A DNA stretch of 63,766 bases, filler included, from Choristocarpus tenellus KU-1152 (taxonomy: Eukaryota; Protista; Phaeophyceae), in the NCBI GenBank assembly GCA_964200185.2. It is 13 parts of 13 records of this genome, joined end to end, with 100 filler letters (N's around TTAATTAATTAA, not from the genome) between each part and the next. Parts side by side here need not be neighbours in the genome. Positions count along the whole stretch, not along the records: positions 1 to 5,824 come from CAXNAD020009666.1; positions 5,925 to 14,138 come from CAXNAD020004985.1; 11 more parts are not named here. One strand, given 5' to 3'. This document shows, piece after piece, positions 1-12,484 of the stretch. Under the pieces are notes generated by a model. That model was not told the DNA's origin. It worked only from the letters and a program-made list of their open reading frames with translations, and did not search any database. The translations under genes and the position numbers were made by a program. How positions within the stretch are numbered: position 1 is the stretch's first letter; each line of letters opens with the position of its first letter.

Positions 1-38
1 CCCCCCCCCCCCCCCCCCTCCCCCAGATACTTTGGGTC
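1..38. mobile_element. MITE family A, terminus only
   Basis: Poly-C + AGATACTTTGGGTC, matching the right end of the complete copy at 29538-29716. Confidence 0.75.
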
Positions 39-368
39 GGTTATGGGAGTTTGTGAGTGGGTAAGCCATATCTATTTTTGAAACATCTTTTTCTTGACCA
101 ACTTACGTTGTTCATTTTCACCTAAATCACTGACGCCTCCCAAGGTGATTTTTGTGCTCTTCGTGATATACAAGTAATAGTAATGAGAAGAGATCTATAC
201 TGAAGTTGAACAGGCAGAACTATATCTGACGCTAACAAGGAGAACTTTACTAGATGTTCATGGAGTGAGAGCCTGTTGTTGTTGGGTCTTCGTCCCGCGT
301 TTAGCGTCCGTCTGGGGATATAACTATTTGAGCTGTTCTCGCCGCTTTCAAAGCACAGTTACTGGGCA

Positions 369-1305
369 ATGCAACATCTCTTGTTTGCGACACTGATTCT
401 TTCCCCTGGACTGGTTTATTCAGAACTAAGGGGGAATTCGTATGTGAAGCCATACCGCCACGCTGGTATCTTCGCGGTAAGCCGGATAAGAGGTGGTGGA
501 GGCGTGGGGGACGAGTTCAATTACTCAAAGGAACAACCAAATTTGGAAGAGCAATTCACTAAGTGCGAGGAGGTTGCAACCGAGCTCTGGGCGAAGGATG
601 GAGACATTGCGACGGAGATACTGGGGGTAGAACAGAAGCGAGAGAGGCTTGTCAGCTCCAGGGATCTCTCCAATGATTTTATCACAACGGTACGATGCAA
701 CAGTTGTCAACTATTAAGGGTGACTGGTTGGGACGGACTCGATACACCCTTGTTCTGGGGTAGTTTCTTTAGACTCGATGGAGGGTATTGCGCGTCATAG
801 AAACGAACCTCTAAAAATCACTTACTGCACTAGCAGCATATTGGTGATTGTTGTACTTTTGATACCTACACACCCTCTCATCTCTGATACTTCCCTGCAG
901 GGTCTTGAGTTTGCCGAACAGCGCTCCTTCTTCAACGAGGCGAGACGACTCGTCCTCCTCACCCAGTCAGCAATGTTTTTCCTTCTGGGGGTGTGGCAGT
1001 CGTTGCACTTGGATGGTGGACTTGCCTCTTTCATAGGAGCCGACAAGTGGCCTTCGTCGACTGGTCTTGCCGTTGCCTTAGGGTTGTATCAATGTGGACT
1101 ATTCACGTCCATCTTCGTTTTTTTTGGTTGCAATAGGACTGTTCACACTGGAATAAAATTCACCGGTGTACAGAGTTTGGTTGTATTGATGTACCTGCTC
1201 AAACGAATCGCCATGGGGACAGGGTTAGGCTTGTACCAAAGCGTGGTGATCGCCTGGCTTTGTGGTATGATCGGCCTCTGCTCATACTACGGACGCCAGT
1301 TGTGA
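369..1305 (+). CDS. Hypothetical multi-pass membrane protein with N-terminal signal peptide; exons 369-689 and 901-1305 (about 241 aa)
   Basis: ORFs 369 and 778 join in phase 0 via intron 690-900 (ACG|GTACGA...TTCCCTGCAG|GGT). Hydrophobic N-terminus MQHLLFATLILSPGLVYS, an RIRGG motif, and about 4 hydrophobic segments in exon 2. Confidence 0.75.
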
Positions 1306-3639
1306 AGAACTCAGGGTGCGCGCCATTCTCTTTCAAGGGTAATCGCTGAGCCTTATTCCCCGAGGTACGTTGCTGCTTCGTAATTTTGTTGAGGCTACTG
1401 GTGATGTTATATGGTATTGTGGATTTAATCTTGAACACAATGCAGTAGAATTTCTGTAGTAGAATGTATTGTCTGTCATAGGCCGAAATGTTGTTTTGAA
1501 AAGTGAGTATGACATCGCCCAACACAGTCTATTTCTGAGACTCCTGAGTGAAGAGGATAGGTAAGTGGGACACAACAGAATCTTTACAAGCTTCCACTAA
1601 ACCGCACAAATAGAAGAAGAAACTCTGACAAGGGCACGAAGCTCTTTTTAGCATTATTGGAACTCTAGTATCACTACTTCACTGCATCTTATATCTACTT
1701 CCCCTTTGAAGTCAGCTTGCACCATTCCTCTCAGAGAGCATACAGCGGAAATTAGCGATGCTTTTTGTGTGCATAGTCTCTTGTGTGATTCACATCTACA
1801 CACTTCTGTGGGGAAGCAAAACACAACAGAAAGCTTGGGGGTGACAAGGCAGTGTTTTTGAGTCTACTTTTGGTCCAGCTATTGATAAGTTGGGATGATC
1901 TTCAGCTCTGGTAGTTGCAGAGAGATTACTTCGTTTAACATTGGCACATCTTTATCAGCAGCCAAACATAAAGATGGGGGGATGCAGAAGAGTGGGGGGA
2001 GGGGCAGTACTCGTGAGAACCAAATTTGCCATGGATCTAAAAGCCACCATAGATGCAAAAGGTGAGGAGTCATCTGCACAATGTAGGCATGTAAATGTCA
2101 TGTATATATTAATTTGAAAGGTGTGCTTTCCTTTTTCTTCCGGTTGTTTTGGAGGAGTTTGCCTTCCCCTTGACGCTTCCCCTGTTTATGTGTATGTATT
2201 TTCTTTCATGTGTGCCTTGACCAAAGGACAGAGCACTGCCTCTGTGCGTATCACCGACCAGGTGTTGAGTCTTGAGATTCTGTACTGCAAATATTACAAC
2301 TCTCCTGAAAATCCTTCTGTTGACACACCTGTGTCTACTACCTTGCGTGTTTGGAGTATATCTGCGACCCTGTGACCAGTGTACAAGTTCTTGCAGTACT
2401 GACATATAGTGAAATGCCTATTTTGAGGAGAGAGGTTGTAAGGCTTTGGGGGAGTATAGGCAATGCTGAGCCGGTTGATGGTGGGGTCCTGTACATTGAA
2501 AGGAACGCATGTTTGAGGTTAGAAACAATGCCGAAGTTGTGTTTTGTTACCACGCTGCAACAAAATGCCGCTCGACGTCTTCTGGTACAAGTCACCAAAT
2601 ATCTCAATTGCATATTGAAGACCATATCATTTCATATTAGGATCATCCAAGTGATGGTGAGGTGGTGTTAGTGAGGGTCAGCTTCTTGGCTGTTGAGGTT
2701 TAGAGCTCAAAAAAAAGTGCATTTGTGAGTGCCCTACTAAACAGCCTAAAATTGGAAAGTGGAGGTTTGGTGCACAAGCTCCACCTACTTTTCCTCTTAC
2801 TCTATTGTGAAGAAACCAAAGTTGTGGTGTGGGCAACGCCTTATAGTATAGTTTGAATGGGCCTTAGCATGGATATTGGTGTTTTTGGTTGCTTAGAAAG
2901 GTGTAGGTACCTGTAGGAGTTTGTTTAGTGCATTGAAATGTGGAGTGTGTCCATGACTCCATTGGATTATGGAAACACCCAAAACTGTACATACTCTGTA
3001 CTGTTCTGTGGCGGAGTGGTTTGGAATATTTGGGGTGACAAGAAAAACCTTCCAAAACATACCCCATTAGCTGTGGCATAACAGTTCTGGCTTTGGCACA
3101 AAGCTTGATTGATTGACCCTCACCCACTCAGTGGACATTTGAAGGTACAAGTTTGTACAGATTCAGGGGAAGATCATTCCAGAGTAAAATACTGCCTTGA
3201 TGTATAACCCAAGTGCTTTACCACGTTATCTCCTAGCTGTCTCGTGAATGTCCAGTTGTTGTACCTCACGAACTATGCCATTATTGTTGATTAGTGCAGC
3301 TGTTGTGAATCGTAACTATTTTTGAAACCCCTCAATTCAGTTTTTTCTGACATCAAAATGGAGGAAAGTTCAATACTTTGATTTCTTTATTTTGAGCAGC
3401 AGGACCCCCGGCACACACATGGGACCTTGCTGGCCACAAGGTATCACTTTTCACCACGGTGTTCACTAATTTACTTCATCAATCAATATGAATTTGTTTA
3501 TTGTCTGTGGAGATTTTGATGAACCATTTGCCAAGTATGTCCTCCCACAAGCAGATTATTACAATGAGGAAGATCAGGGGAGATGATGTGGACAACACAA
3601 GGCCTGAGCATGTCAACTCACAAGCCTGCGAAGGAGAGA

Positions 3640-4401
3640 AGTTGTGAAAAAGATCTAAAAAAGAAGACCTGTGAGATTGAAGTCTCCAGTTTGGCGCTTT
3701 TTGACAAATCTAAGTAATGCTGAGACAGACAAATATGACTATATTCAACATCTATCTCATGAAAATTGCCCAAGTCATAATTTCAGGTGGGGTTACATGA
3801 GGCAGCAGAGAAGTCTTCCGTTGAAGTGTGCAAAAGATAGTATGCAGGACATTTCCAACAGCATTGGTTATGGGTCTAACACTACTCATTTCTCTCAGGG
3901 TTAGCATTGGCAGTCCGATGTGTACAAGCAGGCGCAACAACATGTTTGGACTATGGGACTAAACACTCTCATAACAATCCAAAAGAAAGAGGATGGCATT
4001 ATTGGGAGGAGTGCAAAGTCGTAACTAGTTGGCATCCTGCAGGAGTTGACAAGACAGGGCATGCTAGACACAGTTGGCCTGGTACAGCACAGAACACGCA
4101 CTGTTGTACCGTTCAAGATGGTGGCATGCCATAAAATGGAATGACTTGCTCCGGTGGCGTGAGACAGGGTATCACCCTTCCCAAAATTGGTTGTACTGGT
4201 CCGCTGTGTTTTGATGATCATCCAGGTTCTGAGGCAGAACTGGATCGTATGTCCTTGTCATCTAGGAGTATTGCAACAAAAGAAGGACAAAACCTAGTCC
4301 CTTGCAAGCTCCACCTCCTAGTCTTCCTACGTAACATCTGGCTCAAGATCGAACCAAGGGAGTCTGTGAAGAGGATCAAAAAGCCAGTAGTTGCCAAGTG
4401 A
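3640..4401 (+). pseudogene. Degraded, internally deleted hAT transposase
   Basis: BED-finger-like start KSPVWRFL near 3680. Frameshifted C-terminal dimerisation domain DLLRW..FPKLVVLVRCVLMI/PGSEAELDRMS..SIATKEGQNLVPCKLHLLVFLRN at 4140-4340. Boundaries approximate. Confidence 0.7.
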
Positions 4402-5069
4402 CGGCTGGTGGAATCCATTCACCGTCAGCATCATATACGCACGGTCGAGAACCTTATGCACCGGTTTTGACCATTAGTTTGTGATTGCAACTTCCTACAA
4501 GATTGGTGTCCATCATGTAGAGTTGGCATTCATCGGTTTAAGAGTACACCTGCCTCCTTCTTTGTTTCTTCTAGTCAGTCCAGTGTCCTGCGAAAAGAAC
4601 TGCTCCTACAGAAAGCATGTTGATGGAAAGATCTTCGTGTCTTGTGGTACTACTGTGAATCGATAACACAACAGAGTCCGTGTCCATGCTTGTGTTTCTT
4701 GTGCGTTCAATTTTAGCATGTATAATGTGCACCAATAGTCCTGAAATATTGTCAGAGGGAAGAAACAACACAAACACGGCAGAGTCCGTTGCAGCGGTTA
4801 CAAATTATGGCATAAAGATCTTTCTCCTATTGATTTACAATATAGAACAGTTGTTTTATCTTAGCCACATGGCGTAACAAGGGACAGGAGATGATAAAGC
4901 TGTTATGTAGTTCTAGACCGACTCTACTTGCCCAAAGTAAACAAGAGGTACCCAAGTTTTGGTCGTTTTGCATTTCAAGCCTGTTTTTAAGTATTTTGCA
5001 ATTCACCCATATTTGTACGGATGAAGTTCTAAGTTTCACATATTAGAGCGTTTAGTTCTCTGTTGCTTA

Positions 5070-5187
5070 AAACCTTTCCGTTATGATACAGAAAATATCC
5101 TCGAAAAAATTGTTAAGAAATATTACTTGAAACCTTTCCGTTATGATACAGAAAATATCCTCGAAATAATTGTTAAGAAATACTACT
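5070..5187. repeat. 60-bp tandem duplication (2 copies)
   Basis: AACCTTTCCGTTATGATACAGAAAATATCCTCGAAA... at 5071 and 5131. Confidence 0.9.
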
Positions 5188-5746
5188 CCGAGTATGAAAT
5201 TTGCACATATTTGTCACCATTCTGAATATGCAATTCTGGGCACCTCTCGTTTACTTTGACTCACTGTAGTCCTTAACTACTTTGAAGTAGGAATATAATA
5301 CAGTAATATATATATATATATGTGTGTGTGTATGTGTGTCCCTACACACTGCTTCAGTCCTTACTGCTACACAGACAGACTTGGAGAACATCTTCTCAAC
5401 ATCTGGGAGAAGCATTTGCAACTATTGGCAATTTGGGGGAAGCCCTGAAGGGCTGAATGAAGCCTTTTCCCACTGCACCACTTGAGCGGGTCATTGGAGC
5501 CTCCTCTCGTGATGACTGGGAGTCTTCCTTCAGTACATCTGGAATTCTTCACTTGTATTACAAATGTAGCTCTTCACCATCTTTTTCTATGATATGAAAC
5601 TGATCTCAGCATATCACAGCACTAGGCACAAAGTTATGCCGATGGTGTGTAACACGTTGTTGAGTTCCGTAGCGATACAGGGTGCTCTGTGGCACCATTC
5701 AGGTACGTTGTTATGAGACCTTGGGAGGGCATGATGGTGTCTGTAT

Positions 5747-5824
5747 GACCAAAAGTATCTGTGGGGGGGGGGGGGGGGGCGACACCAAGGCATCCGTTTG
5801 GGCCGAACACAGAAAAAACGGACA
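5747..5824. mobile_element. MITE family A, left end truncated by contig end
   Basis: GACCAAAAGTATCT + poly-G + CATCCGTTTGGG. Confidence 0.75.
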
Positions 5825-5924
5825 NNNNNNNNNNNNNNNNNNNNNNNNNNNNNNNNNNNNNNNNNNNNTTAATTAATTAANNNNNNNNNNNNNNNNNNNN
5901 NNNNNNNNNNNNNNNNNNNNNNNN
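5825..5924. other. Artificial contig linker (first of 12)
   Basis: 44 N + TTAATTAATTAA (stops in all six frames) + 44 N. Same linker at 14139-14238, 18796-18895, 21572-21671, 24289-24388, 28859-28958, 31787-31886, 40931-41030, 44537-44636, 50005-50104, 52899-52998, 57227-57326. Separate 10-N scaffold gaps at 16957-16966 and 56498-56507. Confidence 0.98.
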
Positions 5925-8900
5925 AACCCCTCATTCCTCTTCTCATTCCTCTTCTCATTCCCCTCAACTAAAACAGGTGGTTCTGATTGAACTGGTACCC
6001 CTTCTACTACACCCTTGCTTGTACTGAGTGATGTTTCTTGGGCAGGGCCTAAAGGCTGTTTTCGATCTGAACCTTCTACATGTGATAGGACCGGTTCTCC
6101 CTTGGACTGCTGAGGGTGTACAGGTTCAGTTCTATGCCTATGAACCCCAGTGATACTGTCTTGGTTGTTGCCCTGCACTGGTGGGGCTGGGGGCAGGAGA
6201 GGCTGTATGTACGGAGGAATCGTAATTCCAGAGAGCCAGTCCACTGCTGAAACAGACGGTACACCACCTGCAAAAAAGAATACAAATCAACACACCACAG
6301 GGTGTACATATTACATGGAAGGGATGTACATTGGGTCAACACCACAAGGTTCAGAATAGTCCTCACCATACTCTACAAGCTTGAGAGATGGGACTAAAAA
6401 TATATAAATACGGAATGATTTTATTGCAGATCGGTTGAACGGAATCTTTTCCATAAACTACTTTCGATTTACAAAAATAGCAGCAATGTGCATGTAATTT
6501 TTAGGCATCTTCAAGTCAAGATTGTTTGGTCACTGCACAACACAGTCAGGAAATGTTTACCCCAACACATAAACCTAACCTTAACTCCCCATCCTTAAAG
6601 TCTGAGGTAGCCTCACACGAACAGCGTAAGTTCGAATTTATGGACTAGCCACACAAGCAATAGAGAGCGCACCTTTCACACACAGGTTGTACTACATAAA
6701 AATAAAAGAAACAAAGAGTTCAGCCAGCCCCCTCCATCCTTTGTAATAATCTTAAGAGCGTAAAATGAAAGAAGTTGGGTAAAATAAAATATATTTTATA
6801 GGGTAGGTAAAACAGACAAATGAGTAGGGACAGGACTCTCTCAGAAAAGGGGAGATCATGGCTGCAGTCACCCCAGAGCCTCCAGCTATTTCTGATCTGG
6901 TTCAGAGACAGAACTCATTTTTTGTGTCCCATGTAGGGTAGGTCATCTGCGTCATCACAAGTTTCTACGTATAGTAGTTGTTGAAAGAGATTGAAGCAAT
7001 GAAACCGGGGCACCACTCCATAGACATAAATATCACACCAACATCACTAACATAGACCATAATAATAATAATAATAATAATAAATAACCAACTGCAAACT
7101 ATGACATACACCACGTACTCCACACTCCACAGTACACACCAACTCATATTGACAGAAGGACAACACCATCCAAGTTTCTGCATCAAACCATCCATGCACG
7201 GCTTTGACTCTGCTACATATTACTGGTGCCGAAAACAGGTCTTACATGGAGCAGGTGGGAATAGGTCTTCATGAAAGCGACGCATGTCCTTTCGAGGAAT
7301 CTTCACAGACACAGGCTGAACCAGTCCGTCACAAAGCTTGAGCACCTTTGTCACCTCACAAGCCATGACATCGCAGCTGTAACATGGACAGTAACCGAAG
7401 TGGAGTGGAGCATCACCAGTGGCATCACAGTGGGGCGATAGGGATGGTGAAGAGTGTCATTTAAATCGACTTTAAATCAACCTTAAATGAACATTAACAA
7501 ATTAAACGAATAGGAGCACAGAAGGGCTCATCAAAACATCATCAAAACATCAAAACAGACTCACTCAGAGAGCTGTAACCCTCTATCAAAGGAACATCTT
7601 CGATGAATCTTCGAACATCTTCGATGAATCTTCGAAACAGAAGAGATCTCTGTCTGTCTGTCTCACTCTCACTCTCTCTCTCTACAGGCACAAAAAACCA
7701 GTCCCCCAGGTGGTCAATCCATCCCAGTCACAGCACGATACAAATCCTATAGCACTATGTTGTTACTGCTACAGAATCACTCAACACACACAGTGACAGG
7801 AATGAACAGGAGAGTTGGAACAGATCGGGATCTGTCAAAAAAACAAAAAATAACACAAAACACAACGAGCATGGCATGTTCAGGTAATTTTCTGGCATAT
7901 GAAGCTTGTTTGTTGCATGGCGATCATACACTTTTGTGGTGGTATTGGCAGACCTAGATGATATCACACAAACAAGCTTCTGTATTCCAGCACCAATGGT
8001 AAGGACTTAGTGAAGTACACCACACTGCAGACACTGTCCAACAGTATTCCATTCACTTGTACCTGGCTTCATTGTGTACAACAACATTGCAATGGCATGC
8101 ATTGTGACATACCCAGACACAACACACCTGCTTCGAGGCACAAATGCATACCCACGGGAAATTCCTCCAACAGTGGTAGTGCTCACCGGAGAAGCCTTTC
8201 CTGCTGCCATGTCAAAGCTATACAACCTGATGAAGGAATCACCGAAGTATTGTGTTCACAGAAGTATTGTGTTCACACATGTGGCTGCTTGAACACCGCC
8301 TTAACTCCAACTCTTACAACTAGAGTTATAGGAAGCACTGTACATTAATTAGTGCAGCGTATGACAGGAGGATATCAACACAAATGGACAAACACTCGAG
8401 GTAGAATGCTGGACCAAAAACATGGAAAAAATAAAACTCTCTGATATGAACCACTACCATGAATACTATTTAGCCCAACAACCATAGCTAATTCTTGTTT
8501 GATTAGCAATCTGGCACTCTCAGTAGTCGAATTAGAAGCAAATCAAACCAAGGGAAATCAAGTTCCGCATGCTATCAGCAGAGTGTAGAAACCATTACAT
8601 CTTCATGTTGGTTGCAGCACAAAACAGAAACTGTGACAGGGAATAAATAGGTAGTGCATCCTTTTCACTCACCATCATTTTCACTAACCCCAACCCTAAC
8701 CCTTTTTCACTCACCTCACTGTGGAATCTCCTCGACCACAGAGGAAAAGCAGGCCACTCCCAGGGTCAAGATGGGGAACAAGGAAACCTGAAGACGATCC
8801 ACCCACCCGGATACGACTTACTGGTACTCCCACTGATCGTGCGTCCCACACAGCCAACTCCCTCTCACGTGACATGGAAGATATTCCAGTGGTTGCTATG

Positions 8901-10481
8901 TACACACTTCCAGTAGAGAATGGAGATAAGCCAATACAAGTGAACATGACTTTAGAGCAGCAAGCAAACACACAGAGAGACAATTTACATTTATAAAATG
9001 GAATTTCCAACCGCACACACAAAGATGTGCTGCTGCTACCCCCCCTCAATACATGGGAGTCAAAAGTATTAACTCAAGTTAAAAAAGTTTTTTCCTTCCT
9101 CTCCCACATATCATAGAAGTTGACCGGAAAACTGTGAAAAATTTTTACACCACAACAGGGTTGAAAAAACTCATGCCACGTCCTCACCTATTGCCACACC
9201 ACGTTACTCTTGAGGTTCCAGGCCCATGGCAATTCTCCGTCTTCGCAACAACCATTCCAGCCCTGGTAACATGCCCACATCATACATTAGGAACATGTTA
9301 GACTTTACAGCAACCCCCCCATGCCAAAAACAACCAATTTTCATATACTGACTGACATATGAAACGCACTGACCTGATGTCCATGAGTTGGAGATGCTTG
9401 GCCTTATCTGTGGTAAGGAGGACATCTCCGGCATAGGACCAGCACATACTCAGTATGTCCTGTCCATCAAGATAATATTTGGAGAAATGTCAACCGGGTT
9501 GCATGTAACAGTCTTGAATATCATCACGTGGCGTACCAATGCCATACATCATCTACTGCACACCTAGGCTTTCCACTACAATATATGAGAGGTGAAGTTA
9601 AAGCTCCATGGCGTGACAGCAGTGGCCTGCACCTACCTACCCAGACTCAAAAGGTGCAGGACTTTTATCCTCACCCCTTCCAAGCATTCCTCTCCACCCT
9701 GCGAAAGGCAGGGAACCTCTGGTCTAGTAAGGTCGAACAAGGATAACAATCTCAGCCCTCGCGTCGCCACCAAACCAGGGGCACAAGGGTGAAAGTTCAA
9801 TCCCTTGGGAACTGCCTGAGAAGACGAAACCGAAAACCTGTTCTCCACTGTGCAATGTTGGGCGGGTGGAGGACCATTTGTTCACTAGGCGATGAGCAGC
9901 AAGGAGGCTAGGGCAATAGTATACCTATCTTCGCTTGCACACTCACGCAATAGCTATCTCCTTGTCACATAGTGCAATAGCAATGCTTGCCCCCACCTGT
10001 TTTACATTCCACCAGAGGAGTAGCAAGTTCTGACTCCAGACCACTAGAAGGGATACTCCACACCTTGACGGACCCATCTGCACCAGCTGTGGCGAGATTG
10101 TTGGCACAGAAGGGGTCCCATTCGAAACTCCGAACTTCAGACCCCACCCTCACCGCAGGCATCGGGTGCGTCCGCTTTTTGCCCACACTACCGAACGGGA
10201 GCACGACAACATCATTCCCATGCTGACCCACAAAACTAAAGAATGATGCTAGCGAACAGAATGGGAAAGGGAAGAAGTGCGATTCAGTACGTTGCACAAA
10301 CAACATACCACTTATTCTCTCAACCTTCGGTCATGTCAAAACCTTCAAGGAAATCTGAATTTCTACCTGAGCATGCCAGGGGATTGAAGTCAGAAGCCCC
10401 TGAGCTTGGTCTAAGGTCCTCGTACCATCTCTCGCGATCATACAAAGAGAGGACGGTATGCCTCACGGAAAATGGAGGCAT
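5925..10481 (-). CDS. Coronin-family WD40 actin-binding protein (coronin-7/POD-1-like), 3' partial; exons 10481-10367, 10248-9997, ~9847/9811-9675, 9459-9374, 9262-9188, 8906-8715, 8226-8128, 7376-7246, 6267-5925
   Basis: Phase-consistent GT-AG splicing gives coronin motifs: FEWDPF..NLATAGADGSVKVWSIP, LNFHP, DILSMCWS..GDVLLTTDK..LMDIR, HG..TSRVTW, RELAVWDAR, PHLDPGSGLLFLCGRGDSTVR, VPRSSCDVMACEV..LKL..VQPVSVKIPRK..FHEDLFP, SAVDWLSG. Exon 3 acceptor is ambiguous. Confidence 0.9.
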
Positions 10482-11890
10482 GGTTAGTGATCGTATGATT
10501 TGACTCGTTCTCCTCAAAACAAAGAGGAACAATCATTACTATTTAAATATTTCCATTCGACTCGACACTCAATTCAGGAGTATTCGTAACAATCAGTCTC
10601 AGAACCTACTCCAAAACGCCATAATTTTAGCGAGTGTGACATATTGTTACTCTCGATAAAATCACCAAAATTATATTAGTATTATTAGTGATGATGATGG
10701 TGCGTACACTGATAAAACGATAGTAGGGTTGTGCTTGACGAAAGACTCACATTGACATGTCCAACAGGGTCTACTTTGACGAGGATTCCATACGTGACCA
10801 CCCCCACTCTGATTTGTCCCCACCCTGATTCGTTTTGTGGGAGGGTATCACTTTAGCTTTGTGGACATGTCAGGTAACATAGGTGTAAGAAAGCAATACA
10901 GTCGGAAGTAGTAGGGGTAGGAATACCAGTAGCAGTAGTAGTAGAATTAAAGCAGTTCAGAACAAGTAGTAGTGACGATGCATTACATACATTCGAGTGT
11001 ATATGGTATACTACCAACAATGTGTGCATTCGGTCAATTGATATCCATCCACATTCGAAGCAAGAGTGGGGGTGGTCACCATCGGGTTCATGAAGAATCA
11101 ACTACCATATGGAAGGGTTCTTCTTGTCGACCCACCCATAGCAGTGTTGGAGGGATGAAGTCGTGTCATATTGTACTGATAGGCTGTAGGTTGTGGTATT
11201 CGTCTACCTGATTTACTACTATATGGAAGGACGCTCCATTTTGAGACAAACTAAGATTCTTGGGGTTGTGGATTGTACTTAATTTCTTGTTCCGTCCATT
11301 ATGAAAAAAACATGCAGTGCAAAATTATATATTGTGCGTAATGACCAGCATTTTTACTTGTTGGGAACAAGAAGAAACAAACACATGAACATGGAAATAA
11401 TACAACGTTTGTTGCACAAAAAACAGAGGAAAAAATAATAATCACGATTTCACCCAATGATACACTCATTAAGCGATTGACAACACTGCAGTACACACTA
11501 GAAGAAACGAAGTTGGTTGTATGTACTACCATCTGACCACAGATCAACGGGCGGAAGTAGTGGAGAAGGTTCCAGAAAAATCACCTACAATAATACTGTA
11601 AGAAAATGATAAAAGTAAACCATATAGAATATGGTCTTCTGATATTTTGTAGATGTGTCAAGGGAAAAGCCAATGAAAAGTCAACTGATCTTTGTTACCT
11701 TTTCTCTGTCTGTATCCCCCAACTACCTTTTGGACCCAGCGCCTTGAAACAGGACCGAAACGATTTGATAATAACCAGGTCGTCATATATACCCCCACAG
11801 CAGTACTACTACTAATGTAACGTTAACTTTAACCCTAACCCTAATTCCCACCTAAATAAAAAATAGGATGTATGTATATTACTACTATTT

Positions 11891-12484
11891 TATTATTATG
11901 CCCTATGACATTTTGCAGATATGTCCGGGGGAAAACCAATGAAAACTACTCACATGTCAGAAAAATCCCTAAAAAGTGACAGTTGTCATAAATGTGAAAA
12001 ACGCCGATTATTTTACTATTTTTCTACCTCAACACCTTCGCGGTGGAAAGTATTGGGTGCCTCGGCAAGCAAGCAGAACATTTATGAGCTTGCTACACAT
12101 GCGGTAGGGAGGAGAGGAACTGAAGGCTATGGTAGGAAAGGGGCGGTCAAATCCCGCCTACGTCAAATAGTCTAGGTAACAACGCAGGTGGCACTGTCTA
12201 GACGTGTCATGCATTTTAAGCTGGAGTCACCAGGGAGATGGGCAAGAAGGGGTTTGTTGGATTCTTGGGATGCTTCCCTAGCTCCTCACCCTGGAGTGCA
12301 GAAATAGGTATATTGGAGGCACAGGAAGGCAGTGGTACAACATAGTAGTGAAATAACAAATGGATTAATGTTTTTCACATTTGTGACAAGCCTTACTTCT
12401 TTAGGGATTTTTCTGACATGTGAAATAGATTTTCCTTGGTTTTTCCCTTGATACATCCTCAAAATGTCAGAGGGCATAATAATA
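11891..12484. mobile_element. Non-autonomous TIR element, family C (about 600 bp, imperfect TIRs of about 110 bp)
   Basis: TATTATTATGCCCTATGACATTTTG...AAATGTGAAAA at the left end is the inverse of TTTTCACATTT...AAAATGTCAGAGGGCATAATAATA at the right end. Partial copies elsewhere in the window. Confidence 0.8.

Noticed and set aside
778-900. N-terminal part of ORF 778-1305 as an independent gene
   Set aside because: Better explained as intron sequence upstream of the CAG acceptor at 900.
5869-5880. Recurrent TTAATTAATTAA palindrome
   Set aside because: Always centred in 44+44 N; a synthetic six-frame stop linker.
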